From the NCBI RefSeq assembly GCF_009914755.1, contig NC_060940.1: DNA of 64,000 nucleotides. One strand, written 5' to 3'. The notes under the pieces were generated by a model. That model had not been told where the DNA came from and did no database searches. It saw only the letters and a program-made list of their open reading frames with translations. This document shows, in pieces, positions 11,541 through 24,765 of the stretch. Within the stretch, counting starts at the first letter, position 1; each line of letters opens with the position of its first letter. Position numbers and translations under genes: made by a program. The stretch is from the human T2T-CHM13v2.0 reference genome, Homo sapiens.

Positions 11541-11589
11541 TATACACACAATTGTACATCACGTGTACACACACAAAAGCAGGTGTCAC

Positions 11590-11985
11590 ATAGGAGACAC
11601 CCAGTTTAAGGGACATTCTGTACGGTGCCTGAATGGCGCTCCTGAAAACTGTGCAGGTCCTCAAGGCTGAGGAAAGCGTAAACTGTCCCAGACCAGGGAG
11701 GCCAAGGAGGCGCGATGACTCAATGTCATGTGGTGCCCTGGATGGGATCCAGGGACGGGAAAAGGACACTTGGGAAAAACTGGTGAAGTTCACGTAAAGT
11801 GTCCGGGTTAGTTCAGCATCAGAGACCAATGATGGTTTCTTGCTTGTGACGAAAATGTTCCATGGTCTGAAAGGTGTCAACACCAAGGGAAGCTGGGTGA
11901 GAGGGCTACCAGAATCCTCTCTACTGTCTTTTCAGCTTTTCGGTAAATCCAAAAGTACTTTCAAATGAAAAGTTTAATTTAAAAA
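11590..11985 (+). mobile_element. L1MC-like 3'-end
   Basis: agggacattctg...ctggatgggatccaggga...gaaaaggacac...gggaagctgggtgagaggg...ctctactgtcttttcagcttttcggtaaatccaaaa. Confidence 0.7.
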
Positions 11986-12053
11986 TGAGAAGCCACCTCC
12001 CCCACGAGATCATGAAGCTGCATGAAGGCCAAGGCCATGTCAATGCCAAATGC

Positions 12054-12167
12054 ATGTTGGTTGAATTCACTCGTGTTGGTTGAATTTACTGATGTTGGTT
12101 GAATTTACTGATGTTGGTTGAATTTACTGATGTTGGTTGAATTCACTCATGTTGGTTGAATTCACTT
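12054..12167. repeat. Minisatellite, ~19-bp unit ATGTTGGTTGAATTYACTS, ~6 copies
   Basis: Directly visible tandem array. Confidence 0.92.
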
Positions 12168-12207
12168 ATTACTGTGTACTTACCATCTTGTTGGCAGCCT
12201 CTTCGTT

Positions 12208-12320
12208 CTTTTTTTCTAATTGACAAACAATAGTTGTATGTATTACATATTTATGGAGTATAATGTGATAATTTAATATATGTTTATAATGTGGAATAAT
12301 TGATTAAATCATGCTAACAA
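12208..12320 (-). mobile_element. L1MA-like 3' terminus
   Basis: ttttttctaattgacaaacaatagttgtatgtatt...atttatggagtataatgtgata...tataatgtggaataattgattaaatc. Confidence 0.6.
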
Positions 12321-12357
12321 ATCCAAAAATAAAATAAAAATAAATAAAAATGGGAGG

Positions 12358-12555
12358 ACTAGGCAACACAGTGAGACCTCGTTTCTACAGAAAAAATGTT
12401 TTTAATTAGCCAGGCGTGGTGGTGCACATCTGTGGTCCCCGCTACTCAGGAGGCCAAGGTGGGAGGATCGCCTAGTTCAAGGCTACAGTGAGCTATGATG
12501 TTGCTACTCCACTCCAGCCTGGTTGACAGATCAAGAACCTGTCTCAAAAAACAAG
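12358..12555 (+). mobile_element. 5'-truncated Alu (AluJ-like)
   Basis: ggcaacacagtgagacctcgtttctac...attagccaggcgtggtgg...ccagcctggttgacaga...gtctcaaaaa. Confidence 0.88.
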
Positions 12556-12557
12556 AC

Positions 12558-13280
12558 AATTGTGGTGAAATACACATAACATCAAATTCACCAAATCGGA
12601 GGTGTTTTTAACATACAGTTCGGTGGCATTAAGTACATTCCCATTGTGCAACCATCACTACCCTCCATCTCCAGAACTCTTTTCATCTTATCAGACAGAG
12701 ACTCTGTCCCTGTTAAACACTAACTCCCCATTCCCCTCCCCGAGCCCCTGACACCTACCATTCTATGCTCTGTCTCTACGAATTTGACTGCTCTAAGTAC
12801 TTCTTGTAAATGCAGTCACGCAATATTTATCCTTTGTGGTTGGCTTATTTCACTAGGCGTCATGTTCTTAAGATTCTTTCATATTGTAGCATGTGTCAGA
12901 ATTTCTTTCTCTTTTATGGCAATATTCCATTGTCTGTGTATGCTGCACCATGCTTCTCCATCCGTCCGTCCATCAGAGGACACGAGGTTGCTTCCACCTC
13001 TCGGCCGTTAGAGATAGTGCTGCGGTGAATGCAGGCCTTGCTTCTCCATCCCTCCATCAGCAGACACGAGGCTGCTTCCGCCTCTCGGCCGTTACAGATA
13101 GTGCTGCAGTGAACGTAGGTTTACAGGTATCACACACAGACCAAGCTTCCCATTCTTTTGGGTCTGTACCTGGAAATGGAACGTCTGGATGATACAGCTC
13201 TTCTCCGGTTAAGTTTTTGGGGACCTGCCAGATTATTTTCCATAGTGGCTGCCACATTTTACATTTCCACTAACAGCATG
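12558..13280 (-). mobile_element. L1MB-like 3'-end, with an internal ~86-bp tandem duplication
   Basis: attgtggtgaaatacacataacatcaaattcacc...tggcattaagtacattc...tggcttatttcactag...tttccatagtggctg...acatttccactaacagc. Confidence 0.8.
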
Positions 13281-13378
13281 TAGAGACCAGGGATACTGCT
13301 CAGTGCCCTGCCACACACAGGACACCGCAGAGATGACCTAGCCCCAAATGTCAACAGTGCCCAGGTGGAGACAGCCTG
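13281..13378 (+). mobile_element. MER20 3' fragment
   Basis: tagagaccagggatactgctc...caggaca...gccccaaatgtcaacagtgcccaggtggaga. Confidence 0.65.
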
Positions 13379-14605
13379 GCTTGGAGTGAGCAAGGGGCAG
13401 AAGGAAAGACAGGAGGCGTGGGGAGGAGGCAGGCCAGCCAGGCAGGCTGCTGGGAAAGTTGTCCTGAGCACATCTTGGAATGAACACAGCTGCGGCAGCT
13501 GTGAGTATTTGCTGCTTGGCACCCCAGGAAGCTTTTCTTGGATTGTCTCATTTCAGTCCCCAATGCCAGGAGCTTGGCATAAAATGTGTTGAGAGTGGCT
13601 GCGCACAGTAGGCCCACTGTTCCTCCCGCCTGCAGCCATCCTGACTTTGTTCCCTTCAGCGTCACCTCCCCAACCCCGCCACCAGGTACTTTGTCCTTTG
13701 AAAGCAAGGTGCAAACACTGGCAGGCGAGCCCAGTAGATAAGATGTCTGAGTAAACACCCAGCCCTCTCCTTGTGGGATCCGCATTACCCCGTGTTTGTG
13801 AATGATCGGGGTTACCTGGCAACCAGGCCTGGGCGCCCCTCCTGCCGCCCAGAGCCACCAGGACTTCCTTCTTCTGTGTGCGGCTTCCAGCTTGTTGGCC
13901 TCCACAGGCCGGGCATGCTGGGCAGAAGAAGAGGGTGGCGCTTTTTGTTTTTATTTAAAAGGGAACACCAAGCCTGGCTGAGCAAACCAGACAGTTTGAT
14001 ATCAGACCCCGAACATGGCCTAGGTGGGCTTGGGGTAAGAGTGACCCCCAAGAGTGGGGTGAAGGTGAACATTTATTATGACACCAGCATCAGTGGTCAC
14101 TTATTTCACGCTGGGCCAGCCTCATGATTCTTTTGTGCCTCTTTATTGAAAGCCTCTTGTGTTTCTGGAGCTGTTCTAGGTGCAGGAGATAGAGCAACGA
14201 CCACAGTAGTTAAAATCTGTTTTCATATTCCTAAGTTCAGGTAAGGACAGAGAAGATAAACATGTAAACAGATAACAGCCATGCACTGCATAGTGACGTG
14301 GTCGGTGTGTGATGGTGGTCCCATAAGATCATAATGGAGCTGAAAAATTCCTGTCACCTACTCATGCCATAGCTGTAGAGATGTCATAGTGCAATGCATT
14401 GCTCAGGTGTTGGTGGTGGTGCTGGTGTAAACCTCTCGCACTGCCAGTCGTGCAAAAGCACAGCACCTACAGTATGCACAGTGCATAAGACTTGATGGTA
14501 AACAACTAAGTTACTGGCTTGTGCATTCGCTCTACTGTACATTTTATTGTTATTTTGTGGTATACTCCTTCTAGTTATAAAAAAATGAGCCATAAAACAG
14601 CCTCA

Positions 14606-15299
<694 letters not shown>

Positions 15300-15733
15300 A
15301 GAAAAACAATTTTTTACAAATGTAGTGTAGCCTAAGTGTACAGTGTTTATGAAGTCTGCAGTAGTGTACGGCAATGTCTCAGGCCTTCACATTCACTCAC
15401 CGCTCACTCACTCACCCACCCAGAACAGCTTCCAGTCCTGTAAGCTCCATTCATGGTAAATGCTCTGTACAGGTAAATCGTTTTTATCATTTATGCCATA
15501 TTTTCACTGTACCTTTTCTGTGTTTAAATATGTTTAGGTACACAAATATTTACCACTGTGCTACAGCTACCTACAGTATTCAGGACAATAACATTCTGTA
15601 CAGGTTTGTAGCCCAGCCATAGGTGTGTAGTAGGCCGTATACCATGTAGGTTTGTGTAAATACACTCTATGATGTTCACACAATGGCATAATCGCTGAAA
15701 ATGCAATTTCTCAGAACCTATCCCCATTGTTAA

Positions 15734-16036
<303 letters not shown>

Positions 16037-16059
16037 ATGACTATAGATCACCTAATATT

Positions 16060-16900
16060 TTAGGTGATCATAGATGCTTTAGAGAAAGAGGGCAGAGGGA
16101 TCTGAGGTGCAAAGGACTTAGGGTGTCCTTTCCTGGGTTCAGGGACAACATTGAACAGAGCTGTGAATCAAGGGACCCAGCTATGCAGACACTTAGCAGA
16201 TGTGTGGTGGAGGGAAGGGTAGGGTGGAGGTAGGCACAGTATGTGCAGAGGGCCCTGCAGCAGGAGTGAGGCTGGTCAGGTTTAAGAACTACCAGGAAGC
16301 CACTGGGGGCTACTATAGAGTGAGGGGGAAGAGGGTGGCAGGGGCTGGGGTATGAAAGGTAGGACCAGCAATTACAGAGGGCCTCGCAGACAATTGCCCC
16401 GGCCTTGAGTTTTCTGCGGAGTGGAGAGCTTTGGAAGGTTTTGAGCAGAGGGAGGATAAAATCTGACTCTGGCTTTAAAAAGCATCCCTCAGCTGCTGTA
16501 TGGACAGTATTCTAAACCTCCAGTCTAGTAGCCACTGGGCATGTGTAGCCATTGGAATTTAAATTAATTGAAGCAATAAAGCTGAAAATTCAGTTCCTCA
16601 GTTTCAGTAGGTACATTTCAGATGCTCAGTAGCCAGCCCAGATACAGAACATTTCCACCATCCCAGACTTCTTCTTGGATGATGTGGTCTAAATCCAGGC
16701 AAGTATGGGAGTTGGGATACCTGCTGGGGGCTGTTGTAGTAATCCAGTTGAGAGAGAAGGCTGATAAATACCTAGGGCAGAGGACATGACAGTGGTCGGA
16801 CTCAGGATCTATCTGCTGGTAAAGAGGGCAGGACACACTCGTGGGTTAGATGTAAATGTGCAAGGAAGGGAAGTGAGGGTTCCATGGTTGTTGGACAGAG
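16060..16900 (-). mobile_element. L2 fragments interrupted by a MER3 (~16515-16690)
   Basis: ttggaaggttttgagcagagg...tttaaaaagcatccctcagctgctg (L2); tagtagccactgggcatgtg...aaaattcagttcctcagt...gatacagaacatttccaccatc (MER3). Confidence 0.65.
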
Positions 16901-16959
16901 CCATTGGAAGGCCAGAAAGGTCATTTATGAGATGAGGATGCAGCCAACCGTTGTAAGTT

Positions 16960-17125
16960 ACATTGAGTGAGCTGTGGTCTGTGCCAAGTACTGAGCCAAA
17001 CTCGGATCTCCTGGGACCCTCAGCCCCCATTGTGCAGCAGAACACACTGAGGCTCCGCAGAGGTCCATGCCTGCCCAGGCTTACCCAGCTCATGGTCCAA
17101 GGAGCCAGGATTCAAATCTGGGTCT
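16960..17125 (-). mobile_element. MIR SINE
   Basis: cccattgtgcagcagaacacactgaggctccgcagagg...ggagccaggattcaaatctgggtc. Confidence 0.65.
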
Positions 17126-17539
17126 TCTTAGTCCTGACAAGGGGGCCCTGTTTACAAGGAATGCCTCATCAGCATTCTCTCATCCCAGAAACCACTGGCA
17201 AGGTGCTGGACCCTTCTGCCCTCAAGCAAATCCATTTGGGGCTAACTTGCAGTGCTGGCAGTGTTGGCAGATGCCCAGCTGCGGGCCTCTTGGACCAGGG
17301 TGATGATCCCTGGGCTGGGGCCCATGAGAGTAGGACATGTGGCAAAGGATGGCTGCCAGGGTGTCCTCTCCTTTGCTTCCTAGCCACGCCCACGCCCATG
17401 CCTGGCGGATGGCCCCAGATGGGTGCATTACACATTTCTCCTGGGGACCTTCTCCATCCCATGCTGGGTGGTTCACTCATCTGTCCAGTGCCAGATGGCA
17501 CAGAGCCAGCACCGAAGGGCTCCAAGTTCATATCACATA

Positions 17540-17690
17540 CCCATCCGGTGAGGGACGTAAATATTTTTTTTCATTTTTCAAATGTGGAAACTGAAGCTCA
17601 GAAGGGTACACTTACTTGCTGAAAGTCACACAGCAGCCAAGTAGGAGAGGCAGGATTTGAACTCAGGGCTTTTGGAATCCAAAGCCCTTG
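17540..17690 (-). mobile_element. MIR SINE
   Basis: catttttcaaatgtggaaactgaagctcagaag...aaagtcacacagc...gcaggatttgaactcagg. Confidence 0.75.
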
Positions 17691-18061
17691 CCCTTGTCTG
17701 CTGGGATCTGCCGCGTCCTCGAGCTGAGTAGGATGCAGAACTGCTGAGCAGAGCTTTCTGCCGAGGGTTACACAGTTTTGATTTTAGACCTCATCATGGT
17801 GTGGGGTCCAGTGGGCAGGAATCTCACGTGCCCTGGCAAGGCGCTGACCCGCCAGAGGAAAAACCATCTTGTTTTGCACAAAGCCTCCCCCAGCTGGCTG
17901 GCCATGGCTGCTATCATCTGCCAAGAGGGGGCTTTGTCTTCCAGTTCTTGAAAAGGTGTCTACAGGCGAGCCACAACCTGGCTGGCACCTGATGGCAGAC
18001 ACAGAGGAACAGTGAGAATACAGCAAAGCCTCAAGCTTGCCTTGAGAGGGTCATCTTGGCT

Positions 18062-18215
18062 TGGGGATCATGGGCTCATACCTTGGAGCCAGAAGTCCTG
18101 AGTTCAAATCCCAGCTCTGCCTCTTTCTGTTTTGTGGACTCCAGGCAAGTCACAAACTCTGCGCGCTGCTGCGGTTTCCTTCCTGGTAAAATGGGAATGA
18201 TGATAATAGCAATAC
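18062..18215 (+). mobile_element. MIR SINE
   Basis: ttggagccagaagtcctgagttcaaatcccagctctgcc...ggcaagtcac...gtaaaatgggaatgatgataatagc. Confidence 0.75.
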
Positions 18216-18219
18216 TTCT

Positions 18220-18382
18220 TTCCATCCAAGGTGCGGTCTATGGACCAGCAGCGTCAGCCTCACCTGGGAGTTTGTTAGAGATGCAGCATCTGGGGCCACA
18301 CTGACACGTACCGCATTATAGTCTGCATGTTTACAAAACCCCCAGGCGATACATGTGCACATTAAAGCTGAGACACTGGTGT
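18220..18382. mobile_element. MER5 (hAT-Charlie)
   Basis: ggaccagcagcgtcagcctcacctgggagtttgttagagatgcagcatctgggg...ccccaggcgatacatgtgcacattaaag. Confidence 0.7.
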
Positions 18383-21300
18383 GGACTGAGCAAGGTGGTT
18401 CGGGTTCCATATTGAGCATGATGCTGTTGCATGGCAATCGGTACGCTTCTTGCTTGGCGTGTTCTCTTATTATCATGAGCTGTGCAATCTTGGGCCGTCT
18501 CTCCTAGACTCTTAGCTATTATTATGGGGCTTCATGGTGCAGAGGTGCCCTGGGAGACAGATCAATGTCTAGAAAAGCTTCTGCCTTTTAGCCCTGATTC
18601 TGCTGAGGGAGGGTCAGCACTGTCGGGGCCATTAATGGCACCTTGGAAGAGCCGCCTTCCATTGCAGACCACAAGCTGGACACCCAACCCCATGCTGCAG
18701 CCTAGCTGTCTCCAGCAGCTGGTGCCTGGGTCTGGCTTTCAGGGCCCGTCTTCCTGGGCTAGAAAGAGCTGCAGAGCCTGAGCCCAGGGCCAGTAGGCCA
18801 GCCATTCTCCCATTTCGTCCTCTCCTTCTACCTAGCAGTTTTAGGACAGATTGATATATGTGGTCTGAAAAAGCCACTGGGGCAGGTAGGACAGAAGCAG
18901 GTGGTGACATCACAGTGGAGCCCAGATTTTAGTTGGTCAAATACACCTGCCAGGGGAGAAAAGAATGCCGCCCTCACACAGGCAAGGAAGCTGGGCACCC
19001 GGGGGTGGGGTGCTGAGAATAGACATTTTTGCATTGGGGCCTTCCTCCATATCACCCCTACTTCCAACCCCACTTAAGGTGCCTTTCTTGGAGGAGTCTC
19101 CGATGTCTAAAATGTGCCCATGCTGAGCTCCAGGGACTTGATTTAAAAGTACATATGTGTCTTTACGAGTGTGTGTTATACATGTAATGGTCTCAGAGCA
19201 GAAATAAAACCACAAAGCTATTACAGAGGAATCTAGTCTTCCATGTAATGTGGCTCTGAGCTCCTCCCTGGAATCCCCTAGGGTTGATGTGGGGGGAAGA
19301 AGGAAAATAAGAGAATGAGAAGAAGCAAAGCTGGCCTCTGCCAGCAGCCGGGAGCCAGGAGTTCTCAAGCTCGAGGCTGCGCCGCAGTGCCAGGGAGCCT
19401 GTTCCAAGAGTGTGCTCTTGAGACAATGGGGCAGTGGGTCGGGCTGCTCTGGATTTTAAACAAGCAAGCCTGGGTGATTCTGATGCTGATGACCCTGCAG
19501 ATTGCACTTCTAGAAATTGGGGACTAGGGGAAGAGTCAGCAAGTCGGGCACACAATAGGTGTTCGATGAATATTTGATGAGTGGAGGCATGTACGTGGGA
19601 ATGAATAAAACATGCTCAAGCTAATGGATGAGCACACAGAGAATGAATTCGCAGAGGAGAACATGCGGGGAAGAAGGCATCCTTGGAATGAGTGCATGTG
19701 TGCCCGGGCGACTGTATGCAGGTGGGAGGCATGAACCTGTGGGGGGTGGGCATTGCAGGGCAGGAGGGGATGGAGCAGGGGTCTCCAGAGGGGGTTTCAT
19801 GAAGAGGTAGTGCTCGGGGGTGCCTGGTGAAGGGCTAAGACCCTTCAAGAGGGGCCTTAAGACATTTTAGCTGATGGCAGGCTCAGTTTAGGGAGTGGGG
19901 GAATGGCATGGTAACCATGGCATTACAGAAAGCCCTCCTTCGGCCAAGGGATGCCCCAGCCCCAAAGACAGGGCAGTATGTGAACTTCAGCCCAAGATCT
20001 GGGCCCAGATGGATAGGAGGCTTGTACCATGGCCCACCTTCCAAAGGAAGATTTGCCCCACTGGGTGGCAGTGGGCTTTCTCCAAGAAGAGGAGCCTCTC
20101 TCCCTGTTCCAGATGCAGATCCCAGCAGCCCAACTCCAGGAGTTGTTGGCAAGCAGGTGGGCAGGGGCCAGAGCCTGCGGCACCTTCATCCCTGCTCCTC
20201 TCTGCACTCCATCCTCCTGCTCCCCTCCTGGTAACACAGGGCCGCCAGCTTCCCCTGGTGCAGACTGCAGCTCAGCATTGCCAGGGAGACCATCTGCCCT
20301 TCTCACTCCAGTCTTCACATCCCCCAGAAGGAACCCATATCGGTGGGCTCAGGCAGATGCTGACTTCTGGACTGGTCAACTGTGGCTGCCAGGTGGGGTC
20401 CTAGTACACACATGGCAGCCTCCTGTGGTAACCGTGGCATCCTCATGTCAGCGGGGCAGGGGAGATTCAGAGGGGCAGGGAGTGACACAAAGACAGCGGC
20501 TGTCTGCCACCTGCCCCCTACCCAGGAGGGGTTTGACTCATTCATGCTGTCATTCAACACACACTGATTGGCTTTCCTGTCTGCCTCCTTCTGGGGCACG
20601 GCGCCGCCTCCTTCAGGATGTGCCGACTCTCACCCAGCTTTTCCCAGCCCTGTGTTGGGCTGGCGCTTGGGGAGCGGGCACAGATGTCACGGGGGGACAT
20701 GCCCCTGCACCCTCCTTCACCTTTCAGGACCAGAGCCAGAGAGTTTCCCGAACACTCATAGCCAGCCCGGAGACTCCAGGTGAGAAACTCGGGAGGCCGA
20801 GGCAAATAGTTGGTTCTTTGAGGCTGAAATTGGGCAGCGGGGGACCTGGGAGACGTTGACTGTCGTGTGTTTGGACAAGCGAGGCTTCTGCCACTCTGTC
20901 TCGGACAGTCCAGGGGAGACAGAGGTGCTTCAGATTGGAGGCTGCCCTCTCCTCAAGAAGGAGGGTGCGCCGGTGTGGCTGGATGAGTTGTGGCTTCCAG
21001 ATAAAATTATGTGCTTGGGGTTTAGTGGACTTAGGCCTTATTCATGCTTCTGTGTTTGCTCAGCCTACCAGGCCCCGTACCTGGTCTCCCAGCCTCCTGG
21101 GGACACATCGGGTTCCTTGCTGTTCTTTCAGACAGTGAAGGAGCCTTCCTCCCTCACTGCTGCTGTTCCTTCCTTCCTGTCTGCTCTTTCTCAGGCAGGT
21201 CCTGCTCATGGTGCCCACCCATGCTACACTGGGTGAGGAGGTCATGGAGCTGGAGCCACGCACAACTGGATTTTGGTACCACAGCTTTGCTGTGTGACTC

Positions 21301-21389
21301 TGGGTATATTACTAGATCTCTGTTTCTTCATATTCAAGGAGGCCTTCCTAGGTTGCCTGCTTACCAGGTCTTGGCAGGGGTCTAATGCA

Positions 21390-21830
21390 TTCATTCCTGC
21401 TTCTCCTAGGACCCAATGATTCTACTCCCAATTCTGTTCCCAAGAGAACTGAGTGCTTCTGTCTACTAACAGACATAAACAAGAATATTCAGAGCAGCCT
21501 TAGTCATAGTAGCCTCCAACTAGAAACAACCCAAGTATCCATCAACAGTGGAACAGATAAACCAATTGTGGCATAGTTATACAATGGAGTACTACACAGC
21601 AATGAAAAATAAACACCATGGATGAATCTCACAGATATTATGTTGAACAAAATAAAGTAAAATGAGTACATAGTGTATTATTCCAGTTATAGGAAGTTCA
21701 AGGTCAGACAAAACTACCCTGTAGTGATAGAGGTTGGAATGATGGTTACTTCTTGAGGGAATTGCCAAGAAGGGACATGAGAGAGCCTTCTAGGGTGCTG
21801 GGTGGTGGTCACATGAGTGTGAGCATTTGT
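21390..21830 (+). mobile_element. L1ME-like 3'-end
   Basis: aactagaaacaacccaagtatccatcaacagtggaacagataaacc...atacaatggagtactacacagcaatgaaaa...atggatgaatctcacaga. Confidence 0.8.
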
Positions 21831-22499
21831 CAGGCTGTATGCTTGCCATCAGTATGTATGAGCGACTTCTCGTACCTCCTGCACCCAGAGACAAGCATCC
21901 TTCAGCCATACAGTTTCTGTGGATGCTCACTGGGTCTTCGGAGCCATGTGTCCGGCTGGGAGGAATTCCCACATCGAAGTCCGAGGCTTTGCCGCCTGGC
22001 GGAAACCCCGCACCACGGGAGCTTGTGCTGCTCTCAGGGCAGCTGCAGACTTCCCTGAAGGGACTTGCTTGTCCTAGGAGCATGTCATGCAGTGAGACAC
22101 CGCTGCTACAGGGCGGAATCCACTTCTTTCCATTCTTGGATGTGGCATCCGTGGCAGGTGTTGGGAGGGTGGCCTGGCCACATCCTCACCTTCCCCGGGC
22201 CCAGGAGCTCCAAGTCAGGCAGTATTTGGGCCTCAGGAAAACAGTGTGGCCTGGAGGGAGGCAGACTCACTTTGGAAATTCCCTTGCTGCACAACTTTGG
22301 GTAAGGGATGCCACGTCTCTGGGCCTCAGTTTCCACTTCACACCTTCAGGGATGGTGTGAGGATCACCCAAGAGACCACATGGGAAGTGTCGGCCCCTTG
22401 CGTGGCTAGAAGCTAGGCTGAAAGTCCCTTTCCCTCTCACAGTATGCCACGCCGCCCTCAGGACCCTCCTGCTCTGCCTCTCCATGCGCTGCTCCTCTG

Positions 22500-22670
22500 C
22501 TGTGTCGTCTGCACAGAACTGACCACCTTCTAAAGGGCATTTGCCTTATTTCGTCCCCGCTTCTTGTCACCTCCCCGAAGCGCAGAGATTCTTGTTTATT
22601 CTGTTCACTGCTGTATATCTGCAGCCCTGGGCACGTAGTAGGTGCTTGATAAATAGTTGTTGACTTGACT
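22500..22670 (+). mobile_element. L2 3'-end
   Basis: ctgttcactgctgtatatctgcagccctgggcacgtagtaggtgcttgataaatagttgttgact. Confidence 0.7.
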
Positions 22671-22807
22671 TGTTAGCAGCTGGTAGAAGCTTCCCCTAAT
22701 GTTTCATTCTCCAGGCTTTATTTTGAGTGAAGTTGAGGCCAGAAGGCCTCAGTATCCTCTTCCAGGGATGCTGGGAACTGTAGACTGGATGACCGTGAGC
22801 TTTTCAG

Positions 22808-22811
22808 TGTG

Positions 22812-22842
<31 letters not shown>

Positions 22843-22848
22843 TTTTTT
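22808..22848. repeat. (TG)9 followed by T23
   Basis: Directly visible. Confidence 0.95.
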
Positions 22849-24529
22849 GAAGCTGGAAGAAACTGTACAGAAAAGAGGCCCATTTTGCAGATATGGAGAC
22901 CAAGGTCCAGAGGGACCAGGGCCTTGCCTTCTAGGGCACCTTTGATGGGAGAATCCGTAGGCTTGATGTTGAGGTCCTTCGGTTTGTCTTTCTGCCTTTT
23001 CATTGCAACTCCAGGGGGAGAGGGACCCTCTGGCCTCACCCTTGGCTCTGACCTCAGTGCGGTCAGTAAAGTCTGCCTTTCCCTCTAACTTTCACCTCTT
23101 TCTCCCCACTGCCTACGTGCCTGCCCTCTGCCCAGTGAAAGTGGGAGCATCAGAAGGGAGCTGTGCCCCCAACCCCCATGTGAGGGACAGATCAGCAAAA
23201 GCCTCAAAGTCCGTGGGCCGTGTGTCTCCCATCTCATTGTGGCTGGGGCCCCGGGCAAGGGCACCGTGCCTCGGGAGTGAGTCACTCTCTCTCTGTGCCA
23301 GGCAGGAGCTCCAGGGACTAGGGGTGACCCAAGAGTGAAGGCCTGATGGGGAGGAGGACCCGGCATGACAGCCCTTGGCTTGCTGGGGGAGGAGAGTGGA
23401 AACTTTTACATTTGTTTCTCGCTTTCAACCCAGTAAGTAGGAATCAGCCTAACAGATCCGCAAGAGCCTCAAACCTTGGCTCGTTCTGTTCAAGAAGACA
23501 GAAACCACAAAGGCAAGGAGAGCTGGAGTTGGCTCCATAACAAAGTGACCCTTGAGCGTGGAAAAGCAGACCAGCAACCAGCCTCGCCATAAACCAGTCT
23601 GAAAGGCGAGTGGGTGACCTGGGAAAACGCACTTGTGGCCCAGTTGACAATTGAAGGGTTAAATGACCTTAATAAGCCGAAGTAGCTGTGAATCAGTGAG
23701 AAACTGTGACTGCCTCAAGGGGAAAAGGTGCAAAGAACAAAAGAGAAATACAGTGAAAAACTGTCAGCTTCTCAAAAATCAAAGAGATGTAAATTAGAAC
23801 AGGGGGTGCAGTTTTTCACCTGGAGAACTCGCAGAGGTTTAAATAAGATCGTACATTTTACGAAGAAGGCATCTGTAGCACCCTTATGAATGCTTTCCCT
23901 TCTGGGTGCATAATCGCCCTCCTCTAAATTGGATGCTCTTGGGGTGACCTCACCTGGTTCTCTCTCCCCATCACCCTGTATCCCTTGAGAATATCTGTAG
24001 TGACAGCTCCTGAGCACCTGTTGTGTATCATGCATTCTATACATACTGTCTCATTCTGGGGGTTCCATTGTTCCACTTCGCAGAGGCAAAAACTGAGGCG
24101 CAGAATGATGAAATGACTTCGGCGAGGTACCCCAGTAGGTAATGGAGCTGGCATCTGAACCTAGGGTAACCAGCCTCAAGCCCATGCTCTCCTTTTTTGC
24201 TTATTTTCCACCACTGTTTGGTCCCTGGCTCTCCCAGAGGGACATGGCACTGGCTGGGCCTCAGGGGATCCTGGCTTCTCTTGAATTCAGTGTTACCTTC
24301 CAGCTGCCGAGACCTGCAGGAACTGATTCCACAGGACAGTCCTGCCAAGGAGGCAAGCGGGCCAGAGAGAGGCGGCAGCAACTTTCTGACAGGTGCCGGG
24401 GAAGTCCCGATTTGCAACGCTTGCCCGTTTCTACTGTGTAAATACTTACACTATGGCCAAAGTGAGATGCTTAAATGCAGAGTTTGGAAAAGATGGGCAC
24501 AGTTGGCTTCTGGGAGCTGGAAAGAGCTG

Positions 24530-24765
24530 GCTTAGCCATAGCTTCACCACTGCCCAGGTGGGTGACTTTGACCTGGTGTCAACCTCTCTGAGACTCGGTT
24601 TTCTCATCTGTAAAATGGGAGCAGTATTTGCTGCATAGGGTGGTTGATTGTGAGGATTAAATGAGTGAATGTGTGTCTAGCGCCTGTACTGTGGTAGGTG
24701 CTGTCTAAGCGTTCGTTATGAGTGCACTTAACTTTCATTCATTCATTCATTCATTCATTCATTCA
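24530..24765 (+). mobile_element. MIR SINE followed by (TTCA)n
   Basis: ctcggttttctcatctgtaaaatggga...tgtgaggattaaatgag, then ttcattcattcattc. Confidence 0.8.

Noticed and set aside
14215-14246. Possible recursive splice site (cag|gtaagg)
   Set aside because: Weak, interrupted pyrimidine tract with an upstream AG, within L2-like sequence.
20029-20859. 276-aa ORF, the longest in the track
   Set aside because: No recognisable domain; composition is typical of GC-rich non-coding DNA, with many overlapping ORFs on both strands. Treated as a chance ORF.
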